Source: the human T2T-CHM13v2.0 reference genome, Homo sapiens. Taken from it: DNA of 64,000 bases. Numbering within the stretch: the stretch's first letter is position 1; the number at the start of each line of letters is the position of its first letter. A program made the translations under genes and the position numbers. The stretch is from the NCBI RefSeq assembly GCF_009914755.1, contig NC_060931.1. One strand, written 5' to 3'. The notes beneath the pieces are model-generated. The model saw nothing but the letters and a program-made list of their open reading frames with translations, ran no database searches and was not told the DNA's origin. This document shows positions 25,936 to 39,095 of the stretch, one piece after another.

Positions 25936-27060
25936 AAAAGCTCCAAGGATCAGGTTAAAGGATAAGTGTCTCTCCACATATGCAAGATTCCCAAATACTT
26001 CAGATTTTATGCCTTGTTTGGAATGTTGAATGTGTATGCCATTATTTGCTCACCAATTTTTTTTGGAAAAAGTAAATGAGAAAACTTGTATAAAGTCTCT
26101 AGCTCAGGGTGTATCCACACAAAGTGTTGGAAAAATGTTAGTTCCCTTCTACTCCCTGTGTGCATCTATACTTAGTAAGGGCCAGAAAAATGTAATCCTG
26201 CATTTTTTTCTCCATAGTCTAATCCCATTTCTCAAAATGGCCTCTCAAATTCTCCTGCCTAAATAAATCTCTCTTATTTTACTTACAATGAGTGTCCTCC
26301 TGTTTTTATAGGTTGGGAAACAATAGTTTACCCTTTCATTGCTATCTTCCTTCATTTTAGTTTAACTCTACACATGACTGGGTGTATTTGGCGAGAAAAA
26401 TTGTATAAAAGGCAATGAAAGCAAAGCACTACTTTTCAGCTGTACCTACAGTAAAATTGCTGAATATATTGATTTTGTAACTACTTTTTTATCAGTATTT
26501 TTTATGTCATTAACTTTTTCTGAGTCCACTATAATCACTTTTCATTGCTAAACTTTCTTCATTTCTGGAACCTTTCCTCAGCCTGGTCTATCCACACATT
26601 TATTTCTACCTTTTTTTTTCTTTTTTTAACTGATCTCATATAAACATAAAAATGAAAGGAATGTTTCAGAGATAGAGTGAATTAAACTGAAACAACTTAA
26701 TAAATGAATTACAACATACCCTGGTATATAAAATATATCAGAAGTCTATGATCAATTTTATTGTCTTAATTATTTTATTTAACCAGGGTATTGTGTTTCT
26801 ATTTCTCCCCCAGAGAACCACCATTCTTTCTGCCAAGGTATAGCCAATCATTTCTGATGACCACGTGACCACATCTTCCATTTCATTTTCCAACAGTAGC
26901 TTGTATGGGCATACTAACAGGATGTGTAACAGCTAAATCAGATGCAATTGCAATTTGCATGTTCCCTCAAATAGTAAGATTTTGTTTTTTGTAACATCTA
27001 GTCCTCTAAAAGGACTTATGTATCAAACCATAAGCAACAAATTTGCTTAAAAGAGATAAT

Positions 27061-27317
27061 CACCGCATGTTCTCACTCATAGGTGGGAATTGAACAATGA
27101 GAACACATGGACACAGGAAGGGGAACATCACACACCGGGGACTGTTGTGGGTGAGGGGAGAGGGGAGGGATAGCATTAGGAGATACACCTAATGCTAAAT
27201 GACAAGTTAATGGGCGCAGCACACCAACATGGCACATGTATACATATGTAACAAACCTGCACGTTGTGCACATGTACCCTAAAACTTAAAGTATAATAAT
27301 AATAAAATTAAAAAAAA
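27061..27317 (+). mobile_element. L1PA 3' end (L1PA3-like), 5'-truncated
   Basis: caccgcatgttctcactcataggtgggaattg...ccctaaaacttaaagtataataat; TSD core agagataatcac on both sides; TT/AAAA at 27047-27052. Confidence 0.93.
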
Positions 27318-27504
27318 GAGAGATAATCACACACACTGTTTTAGATTAGAGAAGTGCAGAGGGATGCGGGGAGGGAAAGTAAAGATTTGAGAGATTCATT
27401 TACTACTATGAAAACCTTCCATTTCCCTACAGTACTTGCAAGTCTAAAATAGTATGCTAAGCTTTATTCTCGGTTAAAGAAAAATAAATTGAGATAATTA
27501 TAAG

Positions 27505-27685
27505 GAAGTGGTTCTGAAGTTTTAGAGTGCTTAAGAATTGCCTTGAAAACTTGTTCAACCTTGGGATTTTCAAATCCTACCTCAAGATATGCTTTGAGTA
27601 GACCTGCAAGAAAGCCAGATTTCTGACATTTTTAACAAACATCCTAAGTGATTCTGCTGCAGAAGTTTCATGTACAGCAATTTAA
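27505..27685. mobile_element. MER5A-like hAT DNA transposon
   Basis: agtggttctgaagttttagagtgcttaagaat...catttttaacaaacatcctaagtgattctgctgca. Confidence 0.65.
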
Positions 27686-27699
27686 TTGTCCAGAAACAT

Positions 27700-28330
27700 G
27701 CCTGATAAGTTAGCAAAATAAGTAAAAATTATAATACCCAAAGTTGGTGGAACCATGAAGAAACAGAAACATTACTAATTGCACTATTAGTGTCTACATA
27801 TAATCCATATATATAATATATATAATCCATAGATTTGCTATAAATTAGAAAATAATGCAAAGCAAAAGCTTTTAAAACAACCAGAGCCTTTTGCCTGGTA
27901 TTTCTATTTGAAGAATCATATGCCAAGGAAGTAGGCTAGAATCCTTATTTTAATTTAATATTTAAAGACAGTGAGGTATTATTTATAATACAAAAATATT
28001 AAGCAAGAAAAATTATCAACAATAAGACAGTTTATCTATTTAACAAATGTTTATTTAGCACTTATTATGAGACATATAGTACTAAGCCCTTCATAAATAT
28101 TGCCATTTAATCCTCATTTTAAGAAAACCTTGGGACGGCTAAGCAAATAAGATTTGTTAACAAGAATATACACTATGCAGATTTTTAAATCACACATGTG
28201 GGCCATGATGACTCAGGGAGATAAATGAAATAATATAAGGTGAAAATAGGAAAAATAGAATATAGTAATAACCTAATTATAACTTTTTACTAGAGATATA
28301 GGAATTATCAAAGATTATCAAAGAGATTAG
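27700..28330 (+). mobile_element. Ancient L1M fragment, with a MIR-like piece near 28030-28120
   Basis: ataatacccaaagttggtggaaccatgaagaaacagaaac; tattatttataatacaaaaatatt. Confidence 0.5.
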
Positions 28331-29812
28331 TGACATAAAATATTATTTATTTTAGATTCTTAAATTAAATTTACTTTTTTAGGAATACACAATTCTGAAT
28401 ATTTTCAGGCTAAGACAAGTAGTGAAGTAATTTCTATATGTTAACAATACAAGGATCAAAGGGTGGAAATTGTAAAAACAACCAACACATTCAAAGAATT
28501 GGTGGTATTACATATAAAAAGAAAAAATCCTTTGGTTTTGATTAAGATTTGAAATTTTGAGTAATTCTAATGGATTTTTTGAAACAAAATATTTTCTAAA
28601 AGATGTAGGTAAATTTCAGAATTTTAGTGAAAGAAACACTAGTCTTCACTGTCTTCCCTTAGTTTCTTCTGTCAGTTTTGGCAAATCTTGGTCAAGTTTC
28701 TCTTGCCATCAGCAAGACCATCTAGATTCTATCTCCTAGACTCCCTTATTTCAGTAATGAATTATTTTTTTCAGTTATTCCCATATAGTCTGTCAAAGAA
28801 AAGCTACAAGGACAGCAGTAAAGAGAATTCCTATTATGACTTAGATCCAAAATTGCATTCTATGTGAATCAGTCATTCTTTGAAAATTGTTTAAGTTCCT
28901 TTGAATTGGCACATTGTCAGAGATGGTTGACATCTTTGGTCACTTGTTTCAGCCTAAAATACACACATACACACATACACGCACCCCACACACAAATTTG
29001 CACTAACATAAAAGTCCCTAAAAAGACAAGTTATTTCCAGTTTATTGACATTTAACCACTTGGAGGAAAACTGGTGCATCCATTTCAAAATAATTAATTT
29101 TTGCTGAAAATATGCAGAGGTCTGTTTTCCCAAAGCAGCCCTGTGTAAGCCATGTGTACCACTGTAAGGGCATACTTCATTGGACACCATCATTGCTTTC
29201 CCATCTGGCAACAGGTGGCCATTAATATGAAATATTAAACTAACACTGAAATGAAATTCATGCATAATCAGCAATTTTGGAGAATGCACAAGTGTTTGAA
29301 AATCTGAAAACTGCTCATTTCTCTAAATAAGCAAGCCTTCATGCCAAACTCCTCACCAAGAACAAATGAGCCACTGACATCAGCCTATAAAAAAGTGGTT
29401 TCCAAACCATTTGCTTTTGTAGACATGAATTTACTTGAAAAAGTGATGTGTGGAATAGGATTCCTTCTGGCTATAAGCAGGGTAAGTGCTGTGATAGCCC
29501 ACAATGACCACAGGGGTCCCAGTGGAGGCTCTAAGGGGCACATTTTATCAACTAATGTTACAAAGAAATCTTTGAGCACATTAGGCTTCTAAATGTGGTG
29601 GCAATGGAAATGAAGCAGAGAGCAATTCACACCCTCAACTCACCATGACCAAGAGGCTTTGACTAACTGTGGCTTCAGATCATGTGTCCACGTGTCTGGC
29701 ATACTCATCCACCATAGTTGGAGTTCAAAATGGCTTGTGGCACAAGTCAAATTCAAGAGTTATCCCAAAGAACCTAGATCTATGCCTTAGCTGAATTCTT
29801 TTTTAGTATTAT

Positions 29813-30243
29813 TGTTACTGAAACATCAGGGGTTTGGCCTGGGTCCTCCTGCTCTCCACACAGAAAGCCAGTCACTGAGACAATGAGGATTGCCAGGAAA
29901 GAAGGTTTTCATCAGGTGCTGCAGCCAAGGAGATGGGAGATCAGTCTCAAATTTGTCTCCCTGCAGAGGAACATTGGGGGTTTATATATGAAAGAAGGAA
30001 TGTAACTACATGTGGGTAAGCAGGAATTTGAGAGGGGTAAGGAAATCATGGGGGATGAGGGGTCTAGCTTCTTGTCTGGATATGATGATCTGGTGAGTTC
30101 CAGTTCCTTGATACTGTCTGGGAGACCTGAGGGTTGGTTTCCTGAGGAAAAAACTCAGACAAGACAAATGTAAGTTTCAATTTATATGTTTATTTTTAAA
30201 AGACTGTAAACATCAGTTCTATGGGACAATTGAGCTGGTTTCA
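29813..30243 (-). mobile_element. MER57-family (MER57B-like) ERV1 solo LTR
   Basis: tgttactgaaacatcaggggtttgg...gcagccaaggagatgggagatcagtctcaaat...ggtttca; 4-bp TSD TTAT at 29809-29812 and 30244-30247. Confidence 0.85.
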
Positions 30244-31377
30244 TTATGCTCTTGTTTTTGTCAACTGTCTATATAAGAAACAACTTTATAAGAAAAACTC
30301 TAATTTTTGTAAAATTTCTAGCAAAGATTCTGAAAATTATATAGTTCAATATGAGTTATACAAAAACCCTCAAGGAGACTTCCTTTTGGTGCTCTTGAGG
30401 AACTGAAATGCTTATTCACATAAGATTATGAGATTAGGTAACCTACAATGATCTCCTAGAAACCTTGACTGCTAGAAAGTTTTTATATTTTCTAGTATAA
30501 GTATTGTCCTATGTCACTCTGCTTATCTATTTGCCCTTTTCTTAGAGATTTTAAGACTCTTCAAACAATTTCGGAGATAATTAAGATATGGGTAAAACAT
30601 GTAGGTAACAAATACCTTGATGTTTACTTACATATACTGCTTCTATGAAAAACAAATAGCTGTAGCAGAGAAAATTTAGATAATTTTATAGAGATTTGAT
30701 GGAATGTACTTTTTAATTTTTTGGTTCCAAGTATTCAATGAGAGTGTAGTCTTAAGCATTTGTGAAAACCTTCAGTTTACCTTTCTGGTTCCCATTGTTA
30801 ACTGGAAATACTCTACGTTTGCCATGACAATCACATAAGCAACTCCACTAACGTAAAGGAACTCTTCTTCTGATGACTTTACCACATCAAAGGCACTGGT
30901 GGGTTGGACTGATCCCTCAGATTACCATTTCATTGTGTGCGTCATTCACTGTGACAACCTAAGCTCATTTTGAGATTCATGCATTAGTGTCTCCAAATGT
31001 GTTCCCATTTTCATATTTTTTGATAGTGGGTAATGGAAACACTAATGGCTAATTTCCAGTTTTAATCATCACTCAAGGAGCACAAACAGAATGTATTTTC
31101 AAGAAAAATATTTGTCATCATTAATGTTGTTTTTAAAATAAGTGCCACTAAAGGCAACTCTAAAATTGAAGTTTTAAAAGTATTCCAAGCAAAGTAAAAT
31201 CACTGGATTAAGTGGTCACTCTCTCAAGTTGACCACTTTAAAATATGTCACGTTCATTTGGATATTGAACCCAAAGATGTTTCTTTAAGAAATCTCAATG
31301 TCTTAGAGGTACCTTCTATGAAGAACATAAATTCAGGAATCAGATGCCTAAATTTTTGATATTCCTAAATAGTTATG

Positions 31378-31408
31378 CGTGTGCATGTGTATGTGTGTGT
31401 GTGTGTGT
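31378..31408. repeat. (TG)n microsatellite, imperfect
   Basis: Read directly. Confidence 0.8.
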
Positions 31409-31612
31409 TTGACCATGCATTGGCATGCCACACTTATACCACTACAGCAGACCACACATAGATTTGACTTGTATGTCCAATAAAACACAAATTAAAACTT
31501 GAGAGAAACTTGTGAGATGTCTGCAGCACTTTAGGCTGGTTGGGACTATGAAGAAGAAATGTGTCAATTTTCTAAGCCTGTAAAGCAGTATATTCGGTGA
31601 ACCCTAAAATGA

Positions 31613-31686
31613 ATTTCACCCTTATGAAATGGGTGAATATTTCATATGAAATATGAAAGGGTAAAATATTTCACCCTTATGAAATG
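31613..31686. repeat. 19-bp direct repeat enclosing palindromes
   Basis: atttcacccttatgaaatg at 31613-31631 and 31668-31686; perfect palindrome at 31637-31654. Confidence 0.9.
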
Positions 31687-32414
31687 TCTTGTGAAGAACT
31701 AGGTTTACTAAAATTATGTTCTTCCACTTCACCACGTCCCTTTGAAGCAAAGGAGCCCAGTTGTCTCTTCTCACCAGGATGCTTGCTGCTTATTTATGTT
31801 ATGTTTGTATCAAGTTTTAGAACTTTGCCTAGATCACAAGCTGCTAGAGCAACTTTCCTTTTTTTAATTTCCTTATTTCCCAACTAAATACTTAATTGTA
31901 AATATATATAAATGGAGATAATCTCTCACTGGAGCGTTTGTGAAAATTAGAGTCCTCAATGATTTCAGATGTGACTGGGACCAGCTGCTGACAGGAACTC
32001 AGATAACAATGCATTTCAAACAGCTAATCTAGTGAGGCTTTCTAAAAATATTAATAATAAAATCCAAGTGATTTAATTTCTCTACATAAGTACAACGCAA
32101 GCTCACTGACTCCATGCGTCACAGAGCTCTGGTTGCTAGGAAATCCATGAATAGAACTTAATATGCATTCAGCAACAGGCTGCAGGCACAATTTATCTCC
32201 ATGGATGCTCCCTCAATTGCCTTTGAAATGACATTAAGATAACTTTGACGCATTCAAGACAAGCCAGTGAACACAAAGGAAACAGGCCATTTTTGGACAA
32301 CCATCTGGACTTCCGGCAGAGCCCTTTGAAGTTCACAGTCCTTGAGCTGTGCATATCTTCTGAAGACAGGGATTATGGAGCAATGGCCATATTATGAAGG
32401 GCAGATGAAAGACA

Positions 32415-32640
32415 AAATGTGATGCAAAAGTGTGAGCTTTGGAGGCAGATGCATCTAAGATCAAATTCCAAGTCAGCAATTTATTTGTGTGGATACATCA
32501 ATCTTTCTGAACTTCAGTTTCCTCTTCTATAAAGTAAGAATAATATTACACACCTCACAGAATGACTATAAGCATTAAACATCGTGTATCAAAAGCCCTG
32601 ACACAAAACCTGCACAATTAGTGATATAACAATAATAGGA
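32415..32640 (+). mobile_element. MIR SINE
   Basis: gagctttggaggcagat...tcaaattcc...ctttctgaacttcagtttcctcttctataaagtaagaataata. Confidence 0.8.
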
Positions 32641-35554
32641 GTAACTGAAGTAAAAGTAGTAGGATTCATAGAATCCTAGCAGCAGAAGAGTAGTTTTTGC
32701 TACCAGTACTATTACCACTAGAATATCTATTATTCATACTACTGGAAATAACTATATAAGAGAGGAATCCTTTAGCTGTAAAGCCTTGCACCTATTATCA
32801 TAACCTAAAAATAAACTAAAAGAGATGTACTTCTGGTGCAAGTTTATAAAGAGCCCTCACAGCAGTCAGTTTCACTAAATGTCACTGAATGTAGCCTTAT
32901 CATCAGTATTGCCTTGGGGAACAAAGGATGTGGATAACGGTGCCACCAACTGGTAGGACAGTTTGTTGGTGATGAAACTTTTTTTTGTTTGGCTTATACT
33001 GTGAAGCCTGAGTTCCCTAATCCACATTAGGAAGAATTTCTAGTTTTTATACCTGAGTCATCTGCATGACAGAAATAACAAAGACTTAAGATATATCCAC
33101 TCCTTTCCTCTGCACTGGTAGGCATCTCTCTCTTCTTTCATTGACAGGTTCAGAAAACATGTTAGAGGACTTCACTATTAATCTATCTTAAGGGACTGTA
33201 CAAGGTCTAGTCAGGGTCACCTTCCATACAATGGGTAACTTCCACACAGCCAGCCAATGGGATGACAGCTTAAACAATCCTCATGATTCTGAAGTGCTAA
33301 CTTCTCCAAAGTGTTGCCAGTGCAACTTGAAACTCACACATACATTTATTCGTACATTCTTGGGAAAGTTCTAGTCCTATCTTCATTTTGGTCCTGAGCC
33401 AATGTAAGCCTTCCCAAACCCTAGATAAAGACTGACTTGATTTTAAATCATGGAAATAAACACTTAGTTTTCTCAAAGGACCACAGCAGATGATGCTGCA
33501 ACGGAATTGCCTTATACGCACGATTCTAAGAATTTTCTCCAATCCTTCTGTTTCTCTACCTGGAAATTCCTTCTTATAGCTGCACTTGGCAGAGCAAAAC
33601 ATTAAAAATGTCTTAGGTGTGCAGTGCTCCACATAAAAGAAACATTCCTTAAGGACAGCTAGATTGTGAAGCTCACAGGGATGACTCTAGGAAAACTTGT
33701 GAGGCTTCTGAAGTTTGCTCCTTTCTTTCTTTCTGCACTGCTCTACTCATATTCAATGCCATGCCTGTACCTCAACTCCATGTATATTCTGGGACACACA
33801 GCATCCATCCACTCAAGTGTCTCCACTGGTCATGCCCTTCTTGGCAGTGCCCTGGCAAAGATTCTGGCCCCATCCTCTGTCCTGTGCCATTTTTGGACCA
33901 GGCTGCATAACTTTTAATAAGATCGTTTATACTGAGGTATTAAAGAATGATTGTTATTTCATTGATTCGAAAATAGTTATTAATTGTATGGAAGCAGAAG
34001 TTGCAGGGGAAGGAGCATTGGATCAAATTAAAGAAAGCCACAATTCTAACCCCCTCTTCTTGCAACCTTGGGGAGGGGAGGTGGGGCAAGGACCACAAAC
34101 TTTCTTCCACATTGAAAGCCAAGGAATTCCACGCAGCTAAAATGTAAGGAAGGAAGGAAAGTAGAATGCATGTTAAATGTATACAACACAGTTGGGGTTT
34201 CATTCTGAGATCATAGAGGGTCCCCTGAAAGTTTGGTTGAGAAAAGTTACATCATCAGAGTTGTGATATAAGAAAGGTATCCAGGAGTAGAGTAAAAAAT
34301 CAGTTGTATTTGGGAGAATGAAAATAGAAAGACAAGTTAACTCTGCCTCTTTCCTCTCCATCTGGCTCAAGGCAAACATTGAAGGATAACATCCAGTATC
34401 TATGGAAGATGGGAGAACTGAGTGCAATGTAGCCATCTGACTCCAGGCCATCAGGGCACTTGGCAGCTACTGCTGCTGCTACCTCTACTGATCCACACAC
34501 ATTTTTGCCTCGGAAGGTATTTCCTGAGTTATAAGTACATCAAAAATATTTGTGAGTAAGTGTAAGAAAAGATAGGCAGCATGGGGATGCCATCTCCAAA
34601 AGAGAAGCCATGGTTTTACTTTTTTTTTTTTTTTTTTTTACTATTTACTAGTTTTTACTGTCAGTGACATCATTGGATTTAACAAATGAAAAAGACAAAA
34701 TGGAAAGCAATAGACCCCTAAGCAAAGTACAGAAGAGATAACTGAGTCACAGAGCCATTAACATCCTTGTCCAAAGTCACACGCTGATAATAGTGGAGCC
34801 CTGGTCCCCTGGCATCCCTTTCAGGGCCATTTTCAGGCCTCCATCAGGAGCTTCCTGCCATCAAGTTGTGCTCTTCTGGTGAGAAAGTTTCCAAGACCTC
34901 TCTAGGGCAGAAATTCCCATCTAGAGAAAGAAAGAAGGAACTAGGGAGTATCAAGAGGCAATCCATCAGTATCTCAGTTGCAGCAAGGATTTTTCTGATA
35001 ATCATAAAATTCCCACCATTCCTGGTTATCCTACGCTAACTTCATTTAATAGTTAGTTCAATATTGAGAACCACTCATCTTTCTCCTATATCTGTCAAAA
35101 TTGTCCTTGGATGGTCGGCTGTTGTTGGAAATGGCAGAGGTCACACAGGCCAGCTGAGTTCATGCTCAGCCCATGAAACAGGAGTGTGTTTTCCAAACTC
35201 ACAATCAGGCTGGCTTCTAATCTCACCACTGAAAATGAGGATTTTTGAAAAATACCACTTACTTCTTGAGTAAGGTTGATAAGTCAGGGAGTTTCACTTG
35301 CTTGTTGTTTTTATTTTCCATCGTCTGCAAAGAGAAGAGCACGAAGCATATCAAAGAAGTATGAAGGGTATCAAAGAAGATTTGACTTACTCAAACAGCA
35401 TTTACCAGTTCAAGGGTGGCAACTTCTGCTTCAGTACATTTAGAAGTATTCACATGCTATATTGATCCAGGAAATAAAAAATCATAAGTGACACCTAGAC
35501 AGCTGGTTTTTAAAAAGTAGTTTGGCTTGAAAAATTTCAATTTGAACAGGAAAT

Positions 35555-35725
35555 TGTAGAGCAGTGGAGTGAAATGGCACTGAGAGAGGACTGGGTTTGG
35601 TCCCAGCTCTGGCCTCCGCTCACTGGGTGGCCGTCTGGTGGGCATGCAGTTCTGCCAAGCTTCAATTCCTCATCTGAGAAATGAGAAAATTCAACCCGCC
35701 TTCACAACCTTCAGAGATAGTTGAT
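35555..35725 (+). mobile_element. MIR SINE
   Basis: ctgggtttggtcccagctctggcc...gcttcaattcctcatctgagaaatgaga. Confidence 0.7.
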
Positions 35726-35729
35726 GTAT

Positions 35730-35855
35730 GCCACAGACAAGAAAACTGACTCTCAGAAAGTTCCAAGAACTCCAAGTTCACAAAACTAGCAAGAGGAAGA
35801 GCCAAAATTCAAACCCAGGTGTGCTCACTCCGAGGAGGATACCTTACCAACTGCA
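35730..35855 (-). mobile_element. MIR SINE fragment
   Basis: acagacaagaaaactgactctcagaaagtt...agagccaaaattcaaacccaggt. Confidence 0.7.
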
Positions 35856-35859
35856 CTCG

Positions 35860-36068
35860 CGATCTTCAACCTCTACTCTCCGATGACCTGGAGGGTTTGG
35901 GCATGGGATTGAGGGGCTAGAATAGGTGGTAAATGCGCAGGGATCCAGAACCCTCCACGTTGACATTAGCAAGAGCAGCTCCATAACTATCATTTGTATG
36001 TATTGAGTTTCCATACACAATTTTGTTCAAGAAATTATTCCCTCAGCTAGAAAATACTTTGAAAACTC
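35860..36068. mobile_element. hAT-Charlie-type DNA transposon remnant
   Basis: agagcagctcca...tattgagtttccatacacaatttt...tttgaaaactc resembles a Charlie-family terminus; family not resolved. Confidence 0.45.
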
Positions 36069-36112
36069 TCTTGTACCATGCTGTCTTCCAATTCATGCCT
36101 TTAGTTTCTAGA

Positions 36113-36311
36113 GCAGTACAATCCCAACAGAATTTTCAGTGATGATGTATGTGCCCCATATCTGTGCTGTCCAGTACAGTGGCCAGTAGCTATTTGTGGC
36201 TACTGAACACTTAAAATGGTGATGATGTCTAAGCAAATAAGTTTTAAATTTTAATTAATTTAAATTAAAATAGCCACATGTGGCTGCTGGCTACCATACC
36301 AGACAGTGCAG
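36113..36311 (+). mobile_element. MER3 (hAT-Charlie DNA transposon)
   Basis: atatctgtgctgtccagtacagtggccagtagc...ttttaattaatttaaattaaaatagccacatgtggctgctggctacc. Confidence 0.85.
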
Positions 36312-37519
36312 TAATCTACAGCAATAGTTGAGGAAGGGAGGATCAAAGGTCAACCAAAATTAACCCACGATAATGACAAAACTTTCATTTTAAAGTTAAA
36401 CACCATTTGGTGCGACTAATTAGAAGCTGAAGGGCTTTTACTTCAAACATGAAATAAGCAAACAGTGTGGCTTTTGTTACTGTTTTGGTTTTGTTGTTGT
36501 TTTTTCCCAGAGCAGATGAAAAGACTTTCCTGTTGGTATATACGCAGATGAGAAAGTTAGAGTTGAGGATACAGGTGATCTCTGTGCATCAGTTTGCCTA
36601 CACTAAAACAGGACCTCTGTTTGTCTTTTTAGTTATTTTATATTCATTTTGCCATTTATAAACAGGTCATTTTTTAATGTAGTAACATTTGTTCTTTCAA
36701 TGAGGTAATTGAAAGACAGGTCTCAATGTGCTGGCTCTTGCTTTAAAAAAGAAAAAAATCCGCCTCTTGTTTTGGACTGTGTTCCTCTCCCACCTCCCCT
36801 GGTGAAAATTCAGGCACCCTAGGTTTTATTCGTTGCTGGAAAACTGACCCCACTCCAAAGGGACAAGAGCCTGAGTCCAGAGGCAGGCCAGGAAGTAGTC
36901 CCCACTTCAAATCACAGTTCACAGAAGTGAGAAAGTATTCAAGTCAAATGTCTGTCCTTCATGGATTATTATTACAGCTGTGTTCTTTCCCAGTAGCTGA
37001 ATAAACACAAAAGCAAATTTTATTTTTTTTACTTGATTCCAGAGAAACCAGTGCATTTATAGTTCAATTCTCTCTCCATAGGTGCACCCCTCCCCGCCCC
37101 CTCTATATCTCAGTGAATCAGACCACCTGACAGCAAAGGCAGGAAAAATCATTTCTCACATTGTCATCCAATGAATGACTGAACAATGCATCGTTTAAAC
37201 AAAATCAGAGTCTTGCAGTTTCAAAATGCCAGTACCGTTTCTCCAAGCAGTTCCACGCTGGGTCTGTATTAATTCATTCAGACACACTAGGGGTAGACAT
37301 TAAAATGAAAATAGTCTGAACCAGATTAGTCTCTCTATTGGAATAAAAAGGGGTCAATGGATCAAACTTGGAAGATATAATGTAGCATCCAGACAGAAGT
37401 AAGCCTTGTTAAGGTAGGATTTTTTAAGGAAACTGCTTACTTAGTTTTACCCTCCAGAATCCTTACTGTGATCATTTTCTGGGACCTGTTAAACTTAGGG
37501 CATCTATATTCTTTCTCTC

Positions 37520-38065
37520 ATGCACCAATATTTATAGTTAATGTAGGATTCCTCCCATATGGCAGGCATCCTGACAGATCCTCAGGGGAACAACAGTGAA
37601 CAAGGCAAGTCCCTGATCACACAAGCCAAGATCTAATAAACAATTAAATATGAGATCCTTTGAGATTTTGTGAATATGAAGAAAATTAATATTAAGAAAG
37701 TTAATATTAAGAGATATGAAGGAAGCAGGGTAATGTTGAGAAGGGTGCAACTACTTTTGTATTAGGTGGCCTGGGAAGATCTTTCTGAGTCAAGGGTGCC
37801 AATATTAGGACCTATAGCAGGAGCAGAAGCAGAAACAAGCCATGTGGTTTGCTGATGAGGAGGGTCTGAAAAGCATCAGGAAGAAAAAGGAGGAATCAGA
37901 GGAAATTGCCATGGTGAAGGAAATGCAACGGAGGAAGAGAGGGTGACCCCAGTCCAAGATGAGCTTGGGAGGTGGCAGGAACTGGTTTCTCCATGACTCT
38001 AAGGGACATGGGAAGGAAAGAGATACTCTCCCAAGTGCCCTAAAAGAAGCTGTAAAGGTTTTTAT
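37520..38065 (-). mobile_element. L2 LINE fragment
   Basis: caatatttatag...acaacagtgaacaaggcaagtccctg...ggcctgggaagatctttctgag...aggttttttataagca. Confidence 0.65.
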
Positions 38066-38269
38066 AAGCAAGAGGCAGTAACAACCTCAGGACTTCCTGA
38101 AAATGACAAGAGGGCTTTTTGAGATAACAGAGTCAGAACTCTGTAAGAGATCAAGTCCTCGCCATGAGGCAGGGGATATTCGGCCAGCATGGCTAAGAAG
38201 AGACATCTGGCTGGTTCGTACTGTGCCTCTGTGAGTCCCACATTACACGTTGCTGCTGCCACCCCCTCC

Positions 38270-39095
38270 CCGCTGTCCCTTCCAGCCACACCATCAGCCA
38301 CTAGCCATGCCAGCCTCCTACAGAGGGTCATCTGTGCACCTGCCGGTTGGACAGTGCCTAAGTTCCTAGCCTTCATTAAGTCTCTTGCTTTCCTGGAATG
38401 AGCTTCTTCCTTGACCCACATGCTCCTCATTTCCTTGCTTTCTTCATGTCTCTGTGCAAATTTCACATCATCAGAGTGGATTTCTCAATCCAAAATAGCA
38501 CTGCTTCTCCTTTTCTCTCTCATTCCCCCTTACTCTGCTTTACACAGCTTGTTTTTCTTCATAACAATAATCAGTACACGAGCTATTTATGTATCTCTCT
38601 ATTTACTTATTGTCTGTAATAGAATACAGGTTGAGAATCTCTAATAAAAAAAAAATTTGAAATCCAAAATGCTCCAAAATCCAAAACATTTTGAGCACTA
38701 ACATGATACCACAGTGGAAAATTCCACACTTGGTCTTATGTGATAAGTTGAAATCAAAATGCAATCCAAACCTTGTTTCATGCACAAATTTATTTTGAAA
38801 TATTACATAAGATTACTTCCAGGCTCTGTATATAAGGTGCATAAGAAACATAGATGAATTTCGTGTTTAGACTTGGGTCCCATTTCTAAGGCATTTCATT
38901 AGGTATATGCAAATATTTTAAAATTCTAAAGAATTTGAAATCCCAAACACTCCTGGTCCCAAGCATTTCAGATAAGGGATACTCAACCTATATAAGCTTG
39001 TGGAGGGCAGACCCTGTGCCATTGTTGTGCATCCTCCACATCTGTCTTAGTGCCTTGCACATAGTAGGTGACTGATAAATATGTGCTAAATGAAA
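38270..39095 (+). mobile_element. L2 3' end split by Tigger4b
   Basis: Resumes after the insertion as taagcttgtggagggcagaccc...gtgccttgcacatagtaggtgactgataaatatgtgctaaatgaa. Confidence 0.75.
38627..38990 (+). mobile_element. Tigger4b-like (TcMar) non-autonomous DNA transposon
   Basis: Terminal inverted repeats caggttgag / ctcaacct, TA flanks, internal gaaatccaaaatgctccaaaatc and gtttagacttgggtccca. Confidence 0.9.
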
